Source: Patescibacteria group bacterium
GTDB lineage: Bacteria; Patescibacteriota; Patescibacteriia; Patescibacteriales; UBA12465
Assembly (NCBI GenBank): GCA_050949505.1
Contig: JBMNFV010000001.1
Location: forward strand, 350,284-414,283
Reading direction: 5' to 3'
Length of the DNA: 64,000 bases
In this document: piece after piece, positions 9,817 to 18,927 of the stretch
How positions within the stretch are numbered: position 1 is the stretch's first letter
Layout: the number at the start of each line of letters is the position of its first letter
The notes under the pieces: generated by a model
Told to the model about the DNA's origin: nothing
What the model saw: only the letters and a program-made list of their open reading frames with translations
Database searches by the model: none
Program-made: the position numbers and the translations under genes

Positions 9817-10785
9817 ATGAAAATATTAGTAACTGGCGGTGCCGGTTTTATTGGCTCAAACTTTATTCGCTATTGGTTAAACCAGCATCCCGAAGATGAA
9901 ATTATTAATTTAGATGCCCTAACCTATGCGGGCAATTTAGATAATTTAGCGGACCTGGAAACTAATCCTCGCTACCAGTTTGTTAAAGGAGATATTGCTG
10001 ACCCGCAAATAGTCGCAACCGTAATTCCTGGGGTAGAATTAATTGTTAATTTTGCGGCCGAGAGTCACGTTGATCGCTCTATAGAGCAAAGTGATGAGTT
10101 TATTAAAACTAATGTCTTAGGCACCCAAGTACTTCTGGAGGCAGCGCGGCACAATGGCCTAATTCGTTTTCATCATATTTCTACCGATGAAGTTTATGGC
10201 AGTCTATCACTAGATGACGCCCCCTTTACCGAGAAGACTCCCTATGACCCTCGATCTCCCTATAGTGCCTCTAAGGCCAGCGCTGACCACTTGGTGCGCG
10301 CCTATTATCACACTTACGGCCTGCCAATTACCATCTCTAATTGCTCTAATAACTATGGCCCTTATCAGCATCCAGAAAAACTGATTCCGCGCTTAATCAC
10401 TAATTTAATTAACGGGCAGCAATTACCAATTTATGGCCAGGGGAGCAATGTGCGGGACTGGATACAAGTTGATGACCATAGTCGGGGACTGGAGGCGATA
10501 ATTAGTCGGGGGCGAATCGGAGAAACCTATTGTCTCGGTGGCGGTAGTGAAAAAACTAATTTGGAAATAGCTAAGAGTATTTTACAATTAATGGGGCAGG
10601 GAGAAGAGCGGCTAGAGTATGTAACTGACAGACTGGGGCATGACTTTCGTTATGCGATAGACTATACTAAGGCTAGAGAGGAGTTAGGTTGGGAACCGCA
10701 AATAGATTTGGCTACGGGACTAGCCGCGACAGTGGCTTGGTATCAAAATAATCCCGCTTGGTGGGAAAAATTAATAATTAATTAA
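9817..10785 (+). CDS. rfbB: dTDP-glucose 4,6-dehydratase
   Basis: TGGAGFIGSNF Rossmann motif, HISTDEVYG, YSASKASADH (catalytic YxxxK), DWIQVDDH; typical RmlB length (322 aa). Confidence 0.9.
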   Translation: MKILVTGGAGFIGSNFIRYWLNQHPEDEIINLDALTYAGNLDNLADLETNPRYQFVKGDIADPQIVATVIPGVELIVNFAAESHVDRSIEQSDEFIKTNVLGTQVLLEAARHNGLIRFHHISTDEVYGSLSLDDAPFTEKTPYDPRSPYSASKASADHLVRAYYHTYGLPITISNCSNNYGPYQHPEKLIPRLITNLINGQQLPIYGQGSNVRDWIQVDDHSRGLEAIISRGRIGETYCLGGGSEKTNLEIAKSILQLMGQGEERLEYVTDRLGHDFRYAIDYTKAREELGWEPQIDLATGLAATVAWYQNNPAWWEKLIIN

Positions 10786-10794
10786 ATTAGAACT

Positions 10795-11211
10795 ATGAAA
10801 ACAAAAAAAGTATTTATCGTTGAAGATGACGCTAACTTGCTCTATGGCCTAGAGTCGCAATTTATTGGCGCCGGCTTTAAGGTGGCTTCTAGCGAGGCCG
10901 AAGAAGAGCTAGAGGAATTAGTGGAGCGGATTAAAGAATTCTCTCCCAGCTACTTAGTCCTAGATTTAATTTTGCCCCGCATTGATGGCTTTGAGTTAAT
11001 TAAGAAAATTAAAGAGGATAGTGAGCTCACTGATAAGGATATTTTCATCTTTACCGACCTAAGTGAAGAGGATAGTCGTAGTCGTTCTCTAGAACTGGGG
11101 GCGGACTATATTTTCTTTAAGGAGGACTTTGATACCTACGAATTTGCCGAAAAGGTCATTAAGATTATTAATAATAAGAGTTATGACCAGGAGGCTGTCG
11201 GTGATGAGTAG
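10795..11211 (+). CDS. stand-alone response-regulator receiver (REC) domain protein
   Basis: VFIVEDD acidic pocket, phospho-acceptor context LVLDLILPRIDG, FTD and FFKED (conserved T/K positions). No output domain; 138 aa. Confidence 0.8.
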   Translation: MKTKKVFIVEDDANLLYGLESQFIGAGFKVASSEAEEELEELVERIKEFSPSYLVLDLILPRIDGFELIKKIKEDSELTDKDIFIFTDLSEEDSRSRSLELGADYIFFKEDFDTYEFAEKVIKIINNKSYDQEAVGDE

Positions 11212-11234
11212 GATGAGAAATACTAAAGAAAAAA

Positions 11235-11263
11235 TTGACTAAAGGCAAAAAAAATATTAAGAT
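11235..11263 (+). promoter_or_regulatory. candidate sigma70-type promoter for the second mreB
   Basis: TTGACT (11235-11240), 17-nt spacer, TAAGAT (11258-11263). Confidence 0.45.
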
Positions 11264-11281
11264 AAGTTTTTAGAAATTTTT

Positions 11282-12289
11282 ATGTTTATCAAGCGAATCG
11301 GAATAGACCTCGGAACAACCTATACTTTAGTTTATCTACCCAAGCGCGGCATAGTGATCAATGAGCCAAGCGTGGTGGCGGTGTCTTTGACGGATAAAAA
11401 GATTTTAGCAGTTGGTAATGAAGCTAAAGATATGATCGGCCGCACTCCCGATACTATTATGGCGGTTAGACCGCTAAAGGACGGAGCGATTGCTGACTAC
11501 AAGGCAACTGAAACCATGATCCGCTATTTCATTAACAAGACCTTGGGGGGAATTAGGCTATTTAGACCAGAGGTAATGGTGGCGGTGCCAGCTGGCATTT
11601 CTTCTACAGAAAGACGAGCAGTAATTGAAGCAACCATTGCCGCGGGAGCTAAAGCGGCCTATATAATTAAAGAGCCGGTGGCGGCCGCTATTGGCGCCGA
11701 TATTCCCATTGGTTCTTCAACGGGTCACATGGTTTTGGATATAGGGGGCGGGACAGCAGAGATGGCGGTGATTTCCCTAGGAGGGATTGTTGCCTCTACT
11801 TCAGTTAGAGTTGGGGGCAATAAATTTGATGCCGCTATTTTAGAGCTGATTAGAAAGAAGTATAACTTAGCAATTGGCGAGATTACCGCTGAGGAGATTA
11901 AAATTAATATTGGTTCAGCCCTGTATATAGATGATAAGCTGCATTTAGATATTAGGGGCCGAGATATAGTAACTGGTCTTCCGCGGAGCATTACGGTTTC
12001 CAGTGATGATGTTACAGAAGCCATTCAAAATGAGCTAGAGGATATTATTGCCGCAGTTAAGCGAGTTTTACAAAAAACTCCTCCCGAGTTATCAGCAGAT
12101 ATTATGGACAAGGGAATAGTCTTAACCGGGGGTAGTGCCTTGCTACGCAATATGGATCAATTAATTTCCCGAACAACAGGAGTGCCAGTTTATGTGGCTG
12201 ATGATGCGATGTTATGTGTCGCTAAGGGCACCGGCATTGCTTTGAATAATCTGGATTCATATAAGCGGAGTATTTTAGCCACTAAGTAA
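11282..12289 (+). CDS. mreB: MreB paralogue (second actin-like protein)
   Basis: GIDLGTTYT, DIGGGTAE and LTGGSALL motifs; collinear with the 5541-6581 product but not linked to mreCD. Confidence 0.9.
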   Translation: MFIKRIGIDLGTTYTLVYLPKRGIVINEPSVVAVSLTDKKILAVGNEAKDMIGRTPDTIMAVRPLKDGAIADYKATETMIRYFINKTLGGIRLFRPEVMVAVPAGISSTERRAVIEATIAAGAKAAYIIKEPVAAAIGADIPIGSSTGHMVLDIGGGTAEMAVISLGGIVASTSVRVGGNKFDAAILELIRKKYNLAIGEITAEEIKINIGSALYIDDKLHLDIRGRDIVTGLPRSITVSSDDVTEAIQNELEDIIAAVKRVLQKTPPELSADIMDKGIVLTGGSALLRNMDQLISRTTGVPVYVADDAMLCVAKGTGIALNNLDSYKRSILATK

Positions 12290-12297
12290 TAAATAAT

Positions 12298-12326
12298 AAT
12301 TCCTGAATAAGTTTCAGGAATTTTTT
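12298..12326 (+). terminator. intrinsic terminator-like hairpin abutting the next start codon
   Basis: 10-bp stem AATTCCTGAA (12298-12307) / TTCAGGAATT (12313-12322), 5-nt loop, T-run to 12326. The next ATG is at 12330. Confidence 0.65.
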
Positions 12327-12329
12327 CTT

Positions 12330-13544
12330 ATGATTATTGGTATTGACGCTTCACGCGCTAATCGACAACGACGAACTGGTACCGAATGGTACTCTTTTTA
12401 TCTAATTAAAAACTTAGCTAAATTAGATAAGGAGAATACCTATTGGCTTTATTTAGACGAACCAATTAGTCCAGACCTCTTAGAGGTAGTTAAGACTAAT
12501 TATAATTTTGTGATTAAGTACTTAGATTGGCCCTTAGCCTCTTTTTGGACTCTGGGACGCCTATCTTGGGAGATGATTTGGCGAGCTCCGGAAGTGTTGT
12601 TCATTCCGGCTCATACGGTGCCCTTAATTAGACCAAAAAGAACGGTTAATACTATTCACGACATCGCCTTTTATCGGGAGCGACACTTATATCTCTCCCA
12701 GCAACCTCGGAGCACTAAGTTTGGTTTTCGGTCTTTAGCTAATCTGATCATCAAAATGTTTACCCTAGGAAAATATGGCGCTTGTTCGGTAGACTATCTC
12801 TATTGGTCTACGGAATATGCTTTAAAAAAAGCGGAGCAGATAATTAGTGTCTCAGAATTTACCAAGCAGGAAATATTTAATTTCTTTCCTAAAACCAAGC
12901 CGACTAAGGTGCAAGTTGTTCATAATGGTTATAATAGTGAACTCTACCGACCTTTAGCGGAGCCAGAAAAAACTCAAGCTATTTTAGATAAATATAATCT
13001 TAGTCAACCCTATTTCCTTTATGTCGGTCGCCTAGAAAAGAAGAAGAATACCCCCATGTTGATTGAGGCGCTAGGAATACTAAAAGAAGAGCACCCAGAG
13101 GTTAAGGAAAAATTAGTACTGATTGGCAATGCTAGCTTTGGCTTTGATGAGGTGAAGTATGTGATAGAGGAGTTTGATTTAAATCATGAAGTTTTGATTC
13201 CGGGTTGGGTAGCTGAGGAGGACCTCCCCTATATCTACAATGCCGCGCACGCCTTTATTTTCCCCACTAGACACGAAGGCTTCGGTATCCCCATTTTAGA
13301 GGCCTTGGCTTGCAATCTGCCAACAGTGGCTTCAGATTTGCCAGTCCTTAAAGAAGTGGCGGGGGAAGCCGTCCTTTATTTTGACCATCATGATAAGGAT
13401 CAATTAGCGCAGGCGATGTATAGAATTATTAAAGATGAGTCTTTGCGCCAAGAACTAATTGCTAAAGGGCAAGAACAGGTAGCTAAGTTTAGTTGGGAAA
13501 AATGTGCGGCGGAAACTTTAGCGGTCTTAGTTAACGAGAAATAG
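12330..13544 (+). CDS. glycosyltransferase family 4 (GT-B, GT1-like)
   Basis: C-terminal EGFGIPILEALACNLPTVASD... (E-x7-E type motif of retaining GT4 enzymes); 404 aa. Confidence 0.85.
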   Translation: MIIGIDASRANRQRRTGTEWYSFYLIKNLAKLDKENTYWLYLDEPISPDLLEVVKTNYNFVIKYLDWPLASFWTLGRLSWEMIWRAPEVLFIPAHTVPLIRPKRTVNTIHDIAFYRERHLYLSQQPRSTKFGFRSLANLIIKMFTLGKYGACSVDYLYWSTEYALKKAEQIISVSEFTKQEIFNFFPKTKPTKVQVVHNGYNSELYRPLAEPEKTQAILDKYNLSQPYFLYVGRLEKKKNTPMLIEALGILKEEHPEVKEKLVLIGNASFGFDEVKYVIEEFDLNHEVLIPGWVAEEDLPYIYNAAHAFIFPTRHEGFGIPILEALACNLPTVASDLPVLKEVAGEAVLYFDHHDKDQLAQAMYRIIKDESLRQELIAKGQEQVAKFSWEKCAAETLAVLVNEK

Positions 13545-13568
13545 TTGGCTGTTAAAAAATAATTAGTG

Positions 13569-13577
13569 TGCTATAAT
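13569..13577 (+). promoter_or_regulatory. extended -10 element
   Basis: TGcTATAAT (TG 13569-13570, TATAAT 13572-13577), 12 nt upstream of ATG 13589. This would give a very short leader. Confidence 0.35.
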
Positions 13578-13588
13578 AATGATGTTAT

Positions 13589-15607
13589 ATGAGAAAATTT
13601 GTAACATCTTTTTTATTGTTCGCTTTTTTCCTAGTGGGAGCTCGGCCGGTTTTGGCTAGAGTAGTGCCTAATGACCCCTATTACCAAAACCAATGGTATT
13701 TAGCTAGAATTAAGGCCGATAGTGCTTGGGAGAAGATTTCCACTAGTCCGGATATAGTGATAGCGGTGATTGATTCGGGAATAGATATAGAGCATCCAGA
13801 TTTAAAGAATAATATTTGGCACAATCCCCGAGAGCAGGCGGGCAATGGAATTGATGATGATAATAATGGCTTTATTGACGACTATCAAGGTTGGGACTTT
13901 ACCACTAATCAACCTGACCCCAGGCCACAAATTAGTGCTGCGGCTACAGAAACAGGCTTATCGCACGGCACAATGATTGCCGGGATTATTGCCGCCCAAG
14001 GCAATAATGGCTTAGGGGTAGCGGGGGTGACTTGGCGAGCGAAGATTATGCCGCTCAAGGCGATCTCTGACCAGGGGGAGGGACGAATTAGTGATGTAGT
14101 GCGAGCCATTGATTATGCGACCAATAATGGGGCTAATATTATTAATCTTAGCTTTGTTAGCTATAATTACAGTCAGGCCGTTTATGAAGCAATTAAACGA
14201 GCCTATCAAGCGGGCGTAATTGTTGTGGCGGCGGCGGGCAACGAACAAAGTCATGGTCAAGCCTATAATCTAGATGAGACCCCAGTGTATCCGGCTTGTT
14301 ATGACGGAATTTATGGAGAAAACATGGTTATTGGTGTTGGGGCCACCGATGCCTTAGATCAAAAAACCACCTTTTCTGGTTATGGTCAGAAATGTATAGA
14401 TTTAGTGGCCCCAGGGATTAGCTTTTTTAATACCGTTAGTCCTTTAGCGGGCGATCATTATTACGACGGCTATTGGTCAGGCACTTCTATGGCCGCTCCC
14501 CTAGTTTCAGCCACCCTAGCTTTGATGGCCCAGATTAATCCTGAGTTAAGTAGTCGGGAGTTAGTGGAGCTCTTGCTAGAGTCCACTGATAATATTGATT
14601 TATTAAATCCTAGCTATCTGGGTTTGTTAGGAGCAGGGCGCCTTAACACTTCTCAAGCAGTGCACTTAGCTCAGACTAAACTATATGATCGCTTGGGACG
14701 ATTAATATTATGGCCGCAGACTAAAGGGCAGTCGGCTAAGTTAAGTTCGGTTAGTGGGGAACTGCTAGAAGAGTTAGTTTGGACAAAGGACCTGCCAGCA
14801 GGGGGAAGTTTAGCTATTGGTGACCTGGATGGAGACGGCATTGAAGAATTGGTTCTAGGAGCCGCTCCGGGAGAACTCCCTCAGGTTAAAATATACTCCT
14901 TAGCGGGGGAGCTAAAAAGAGAGTTTCTAGTTAGAGAGGAGTCTTTTCGGGGAGGGATAAACGTTGCCTTGGCCAATCTTGACTCACGAGGGGGAGCGAG
15001 ACTAATAGTCACCGCTAAACAGGGAGACTCTGTGGTGCGTAGCTATGACCTGGAGGGCAGGCTAGTTAAGCAATTTTATGCGGGAGCTAAAGAGCATCAA
15101 GGAGGACTATCCTTAGCGGTAGGTGACCTAGAGGGTAATGGTGATGATAAGATAGTGGTGGCCTATGGGGCGAAAGAAGAGCCGCAGCTTAAAATCTTTG
15201 ACCAGACTGGTAAAATTATTAGTGCCTTTCTAGCTTATGAGGCCTCATTTAGGGGCGGGGTTAATTTGGCAGTGGCTAACTTAGATGGGCGTCGGGATGG
15301 GGGCAAGGCGGAAATTATTGTTGCTCCTGGACCAGGTCGCCGATCGGAGGTGAAGGTGTTTAATAATTATGGGGAAAAATTGGAGAGTTTTCAGGCCTAC
15401 GGAAATAATTGGCGTGGAGGAGTGCAGGTTAGTGCGGGAGATATTAATAATGATGGTTTAAGTGAGATAATCTTAGGGGCTAATCCAGGGGCTACCGCCC
15501 ATGTGCGAGTATTTACTAAAACTGGACTCTTGCTAGAGTCTTTCTATGCCTGGCCGGAGGATTTCTCTGGGGGAGTTTATCCCGGGGTAATAAAAATAAG
15601 TAATTAA
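13589..15607 (+). CDS. secreted subtilisin-like (S8) serine protease with C-terminal FG-GAP/beta-propeller repeats
   Basis: Signal-peptide-like N-terminus. Asp (AVIDSGID), His (HGTMIAGIIAA) and Ser (GTSMAAPLV) triad contexts. About five ~55-aa repeats from about nt 14790 on, of the form FRGG.N.A.(G/A)(D/N)LDG.G...I.V....... .K.F. Confidence 0.85.
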   Translation: MRKFVTSFLLFAFFLVGARPVLARVVPNDPYYQNQWYLARIKADSAWEKISTSPDIVIAVIDSGIDIEHPDLKNNIWHNPREQAGNGIDDDNNGFIDDYQGWDFTTNQPDPRPQISAAATETGLSHGTMIAGIIAAQGNNGLGVAGVTWRAKIMPLKAISDQGEGRISDVVRAIDYATNNGANIINLSFVSYNYSQAVYEAIKRAYQAGVIVVAAAGNEQSHGQAYNLDETPVYPACYDGIYGENMVIGVGATDALDQKTTFSGYGQKCIDLVAPGISFFNTVSPLAGDHYYDGYWSGTSMAAPLVSATLALMAQINPELSSRELVELLLESTDNIDLLNPSYLGLLGAGRLNTSQAVHLAQTKLYDRLGRLILWPQTKGQSAKLSSVSGELLEELVWTKDLPAGGSLAIGDLDGDGIEELVLGAAPGELPQVKIYSLAGELKREFLVREESFRGGINVALANLDSRGGARLIVTAKQGDSVVRSYDLEGRLVKQFYAGAKEHQGGLSLAVGDLEGNGDDKIVVAYGAKEEPQLKIFDQTGKIISAFLAYEASFRGGVNLAVANLDGRRDGGKAEIIVAPGPGRRSEVKVFNNYGEKLESFQAYGNNWRGGVQVSAGDINNDGLSEIILGANPGATAHVRVFTKTGLLLESFYAWPEDFSGGVYPGVIKISN

Positions 15608-15619
15608 TAATTAAAATTT

Positions 15620-16645
15620 ATGGCGAGGGAAGTTATTTTTGATAAAAAAAATGTCTTAGTGGCCGGAGGAGCCGGCTTTATTGGCTCTCATCTTTGCGAT
15701 GAACTAATTAAAACCTGTAAGGTAATTTGTGTAGATGACTTTATTTCCGGTAGCGAACGAAACATTGACCACCTTCTAGCTAATCCTGACTTTATTTTCA
15801 TCAATCACAATCTCAGTCAACCATTAGTATTAGCTGAGCACCCTGAACTAGCTAAGTTTAAGGTGGAGTTTCAAGGCATTCAGGAAATCTATAACCTGGC
15901 TTGTCCGATGTCTCCTAAGGCCTTTTTAGATAATCGGATAGAGATTTTAAAAGCTAACTCGTTAGTGGTCATTAATTTACTGGAGTTAGCTAGGCAGTAT
16001 CAGGCTAAGTTTATGCAGTTTTCCTCTTCTGTGGTTTATGGCTCTCGGGGTTCTTCGCAGGCAGCGAATTTTAAGTTTGCGGAAACAGAAATGGGAGTAG
16101 TTAATCACTTGTCAGCCCGAGGGGCCTACGATGAAGGGAAGCGGTTTGCCGAAACAATTGTTAATAATTACCGAGAAGTCTATCAGTTAGATACCAAGAT
16201 AGTTCGCTTGTTTAGAATCTATGGACCGCGAATGGAGCTAAATGATGACCAAATGATCCCCGACTTCATTAACGATGCTTTAGATAATCGGGAAATAGTG
16301 ATTCCTGGCCGAGCGGAATTTTCCTCTTCTTTTTGCTACATTGATGACGCCTTAGACGGGATTACTAAAATGATGGCTAGTCGCTTAGCAGGACCAATTA
16401 ACTTAGGTTCAGATGTCGATATCAAGCTAGCAGAGGTAGTTGACTTTATTATCAAAGAAACCCATTCGCAATCAACGGTTAAGCACATTGATAGCCCCTT
16501 GTTTGTTTCCGAATTAGTGCTACCAAATATTGTTCAGGCTAAAAATGACTTAGGCTGGATGCCAGTAGTCACCTTAGAAAATGGTTTAAGAAAAACTATA
16601 GTAGACCTTAAGGTTAATAAACGCCGCCATGGTTTAGGGGGTTAG
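15620..16645 (+). CDS. NAD-dependent epimerase/dehydratase, UDP-glucuronate decarboxylase (UXS)-like
   Basis: GGAGFIGSHLCDEL Rossmann motif, FISGSERNIDHL and YDEGKRFAET (catalytic YxxxK in a UXS-like context). Confidence 0.7.
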   Translation: MAREVIFDKKNVLVAGGAGFIGSHLCDELIKTCKVICVDDFISGSERNIDHLLANPDFIFINHNLSQPLVLAEHPELAKFKVEFQGIQEIYNLACPMSPKAFLDNRIEILKANSLVVINLLELARQYQAKFMQFSSSVVYGSRGSSQAANFKFAETEMGVVNHLSARGAYDEGKRFAETIVNNYREVYQLDTKIVRLFRIYGPRMELNDDQMIPDFINDALDNREIVIPGRAEFSSSFCYIDDALDGITKMMASRLAGPINLGSDVDIKLAEVVDFIIKETHSQSTVKHIDSPLFVSELVLPNIVQAKNDLGWMPVVTLENGLRKTIVDLKVNKRRHGLGG

Positions 16646-16650
16646 AGATT

Positions 16651-16687
16651 AAAAGCAAAACCGTTCCTTAAGGGGAACGGTTTTTTT
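16651..16687. terminator. bidirectional intrinsic terminator between convergent genes
   Basis: Stem AACCGTTCC (16659-16667) / GGAACGGTT (16674-16682), flanked by AAAAGCAAAA on the left and TTTTTTT on the right, so it can serve both strands. Confidence 0.75.
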
Positions 16688-16744
16688 ATTAACAATTAAC
16701 AATTAGGTTTTTAATAGTTAAGGAAAATTATTTATTCTCAGCTC

Positions 16745-17794
16745 TTAAGCTCTTAGCAGTTCTTTCATTAGGGCTTCTTCATTGCCGGGCTTAACTAAAA
16801 CGTCAGTAGGAGAAACGGCCTCAGGAATACCACCCAAATTACTCGCAATCACTTTAAGTCCGACTCGCTTTGCCTCTAAGATGGTCATCGGGAGGTTTTC
16901 GTAGCATAAGGAAGGGACGATTAAGCAATAGCTGCTAGCCATTAGTCTGGCGACGGCTTCTGGTTGAAGTCGGCCTTTGAAGCTAATACTTTTTTCAGCT
17001 TGATATTGTTTTTTTAACTCAGTTAGGAGCGTGCCGTCTCCCACAATACTTAACTTGATCCAGGGTTGAATTAGCCGGGCCCGGGTAAAGGCGGCGAGCA
17101 GGGTGTGGATGCCTTTATGATATTCCACTTGTCCGACAAATAGAAAGTGTTTGTTTCGTTTTTTAGTGACTGGCAAGTTATCGGTTGGCGGACTACTTAA
17201 TTGGCGAACACTTGACGGTGAGTGCGGGAAAAAGTGGTGGTCTTGATAGAGTGCTAGTAGCCAGGCTGAGGGGGAAACCACTTGCTGCGGTGATCCAAAG
17301 AAGTGACGTGTAAAAAATTGATAGAGCTTAGCCAAGGGTGAGTTGATAATGCCTTCTTGGCCATAAAGCATTAGACCGGAGGGGTGTAGAAGCTGGATGT
17401 CATGAAGATAATGTTCGTGCCTAATTCCCAGTTTTTTTATTAAACGAGGAGTTCTAAAGCCTAGGCCCATTAGGTTATGGGTCATTACCAACTGAGGTTG
17501 CTCAGTTAATAGTATTTTCTTTAGCCGCCGTGTCTGGCGATAGCTAAAAACATTAGCAATTTGCCACCAAAGACGGCGCCCGTAGGAATATTCGGCTAAC
17601 TGATAATAGCGAGAAGGGAGCTGATAGACGGGTAGGGTAAATTCAGCTGGGTAGTTTAGCTTAGGAGGCTTAGTGGTAATTAAAAAGACCTCGTGTCCCT
17701 GCTGACGTAATTCAGTGATCATTTCTCGGACAACATTTTCAGCTCCACCGCGGTTATAGGGATGATAGAGATTGTTGATTATGGCTATTTTCAT
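16745..17794 (-). CDS. glycosyltransferase family 4
   Basis: YENLPMTILEAKRVGLKVIASNLGGIPE (E-x7-E region) and a GT-B N-terminal domain (NRGGAENVV); last gene of the minus-strand operon. Confidence 0.8.
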   Translation of the reverse strand: MKIAIINNLYHPYNRGGAENVVREMITELRQQGHEVFLITTKPPKLNYPAEFTLPVYQLPSRYYQLAEYSYGRRLWWQIANVFSYRQTRRLKKILLTEQPQLVMTHNLMGLGFRTPRLIKKLGIRHEHYLHDIQLLHPSGLMLYGQEGIINSPLAKLYQFFTRHFFGSPQQVVSPSAWLLALYQDHHFFPHSPSSVRQLSSPPTDNLPVTKKRNKHFLFVGQVEYHKGIHTLLAAFTRARLIQPWIKLSIVGDGTLLTELKKQYQAEKSISFKGRLQPEAVARLMASSYCLIVPSLCYENLPMTILEAKRVGLKVIASNLGGIPEAVSPTDVLVKPGNEEALMKELLRA

Positions 17795-18927
17795 AGAGAG
17801 CGGAAGAGTTTAAATAATTGTTGATTAAGGCGCTGATTATCATATCTCTTAACCGCTAAGTCTCTAGCCGCTTGGGCCATTCTTTTTCTAATAGTTTCGT
17901 TGTCTAAGATAAAGTCAATCTTTTCCCTTAAGTCCTCAATATTATTAGGCGCTACTAACAATCCTTCTTGGCCGTCAGTAAAGACACTTCTAACCCCTGG
18001 TAAGTCAGAGGCTAGGACGGGCACTCCGCAGGCCAAAGCTTCAATGAGAACTATTCCAAAAGCCTCGTTGCTATTAATAGAGGGGAGGATCAAGAGGTCA
18101 GCATTTTGTAAAGCGCGCAATAGGTCAGAGTCACTTAACCGGCCAGTAAATTTCACCCGGTTAGTTAGTAGTAGTTTTTTCGTGAGTGCTTCGTAGCGAG
18201 GGCGCAGGTTGCCGGAGCCCACTATCTTTAGACGCCAATTCTTTCTGGTAGATAAAAAGAGGGCTTGAAGCAAGTTATCTACTCCCTTGAAATAGTGAGC
18301 TTGGTCCAGTCCGCCAACAAAGATTAAATTCAGGGCGCGGGATCTAATAAATTTATCAGTGACATAGTTAACAATTTTCTGAGCCTTAACCATCACTTGA
18401 TTGTCAAAGTGACGATGAATTAGCTTGGGTTGGAAATAATTAGTATCAATAGCAAAGGGGAGTTCTAAAAACTGCTGAGGATTATTTTTAAAATACTTTT
18501 TAATTTGACTACTAGCCAAATAGTCAAAGCTAGCACTGATAATTAGTTTGGCTTGCTTTAAGAGAGAAGAGCGGATTAGTCGGCTAGGCAAGCTGAGCAG
18601 TTTAGTGAGCCAAGAGGTTTGCCTGACATCCATGTGGTAGTGGATAATAAGCTTGATGTTAGGATTTAATAACTTAAATAGCCAAACCACTTCAGCTGTG
18701 CCAAAAAAGGGGTAGTGAAGATACAAGCAGTCAAAGCCACGCAGTCGCCAAAGCAATTGAGGCATAAAGGCCCCATGACCTAGCTTTAGCCAGGGCTTAA
18801 GAGTGCTAGGGGCAAAAACAGTGACTGAGTGTCCTTGAGATTCTAGAATTTGATTAATTTGCTTAGCGCTACCAGCAATACCGCCAGCATAGGGAGGGTA
18901 GGCGCAGACCAGAGAAGCAATTTTCAT
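17791..18927 (-). CDS. glycosyltransferase family 4
   Basis: NEAFGIVLIEALACGVPVLASDLPGVRS motif; 4-nt overlaps with both neighbouring genes. Confidence 0.8.
   Translation of the reverse strand: MKIASLVCAYPPYAGGIAGSAKQINQILESQGHSVTVFAPSTLKPWLKLGHGAFMPQLLWRLRGFDCLYLHYPFFGTAEVVWLFKLLNPNIKLIIHYHMDVRQTSWLTKLLSLPSRLIRSSLLKQAKLIISASFDYLASSQIKKYFKNNPQQFLELPFAIDTNYFQPKLIHRHFDNQVMVKAQKIVNYVTDKFIRSRALNLIFVGGLDQAHYFKGVDNLLQALFLSTRKNWRLKIVGSGNLRPRYEALTKKLLLTNRVKFTGRLSDSDLLRALQNADLLILPSINSNEAFGIVLIEALACGVPVLASDLPGVRSVFTDGQEGLLVAPNNIEDLREKIDFILDNETIRKRMAQAARDLAVKRYDNQRLNQQLFKLFRSL

Noticed and set aside
16688-16744. Short tandem AACAATT-AACAATT duplication and A/T-rich sequence downstream of the bidirectional terminator.
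   Set aside because: There are only two short copies in an A/T-rich spacer between convergent genes, which is consistent with chance.
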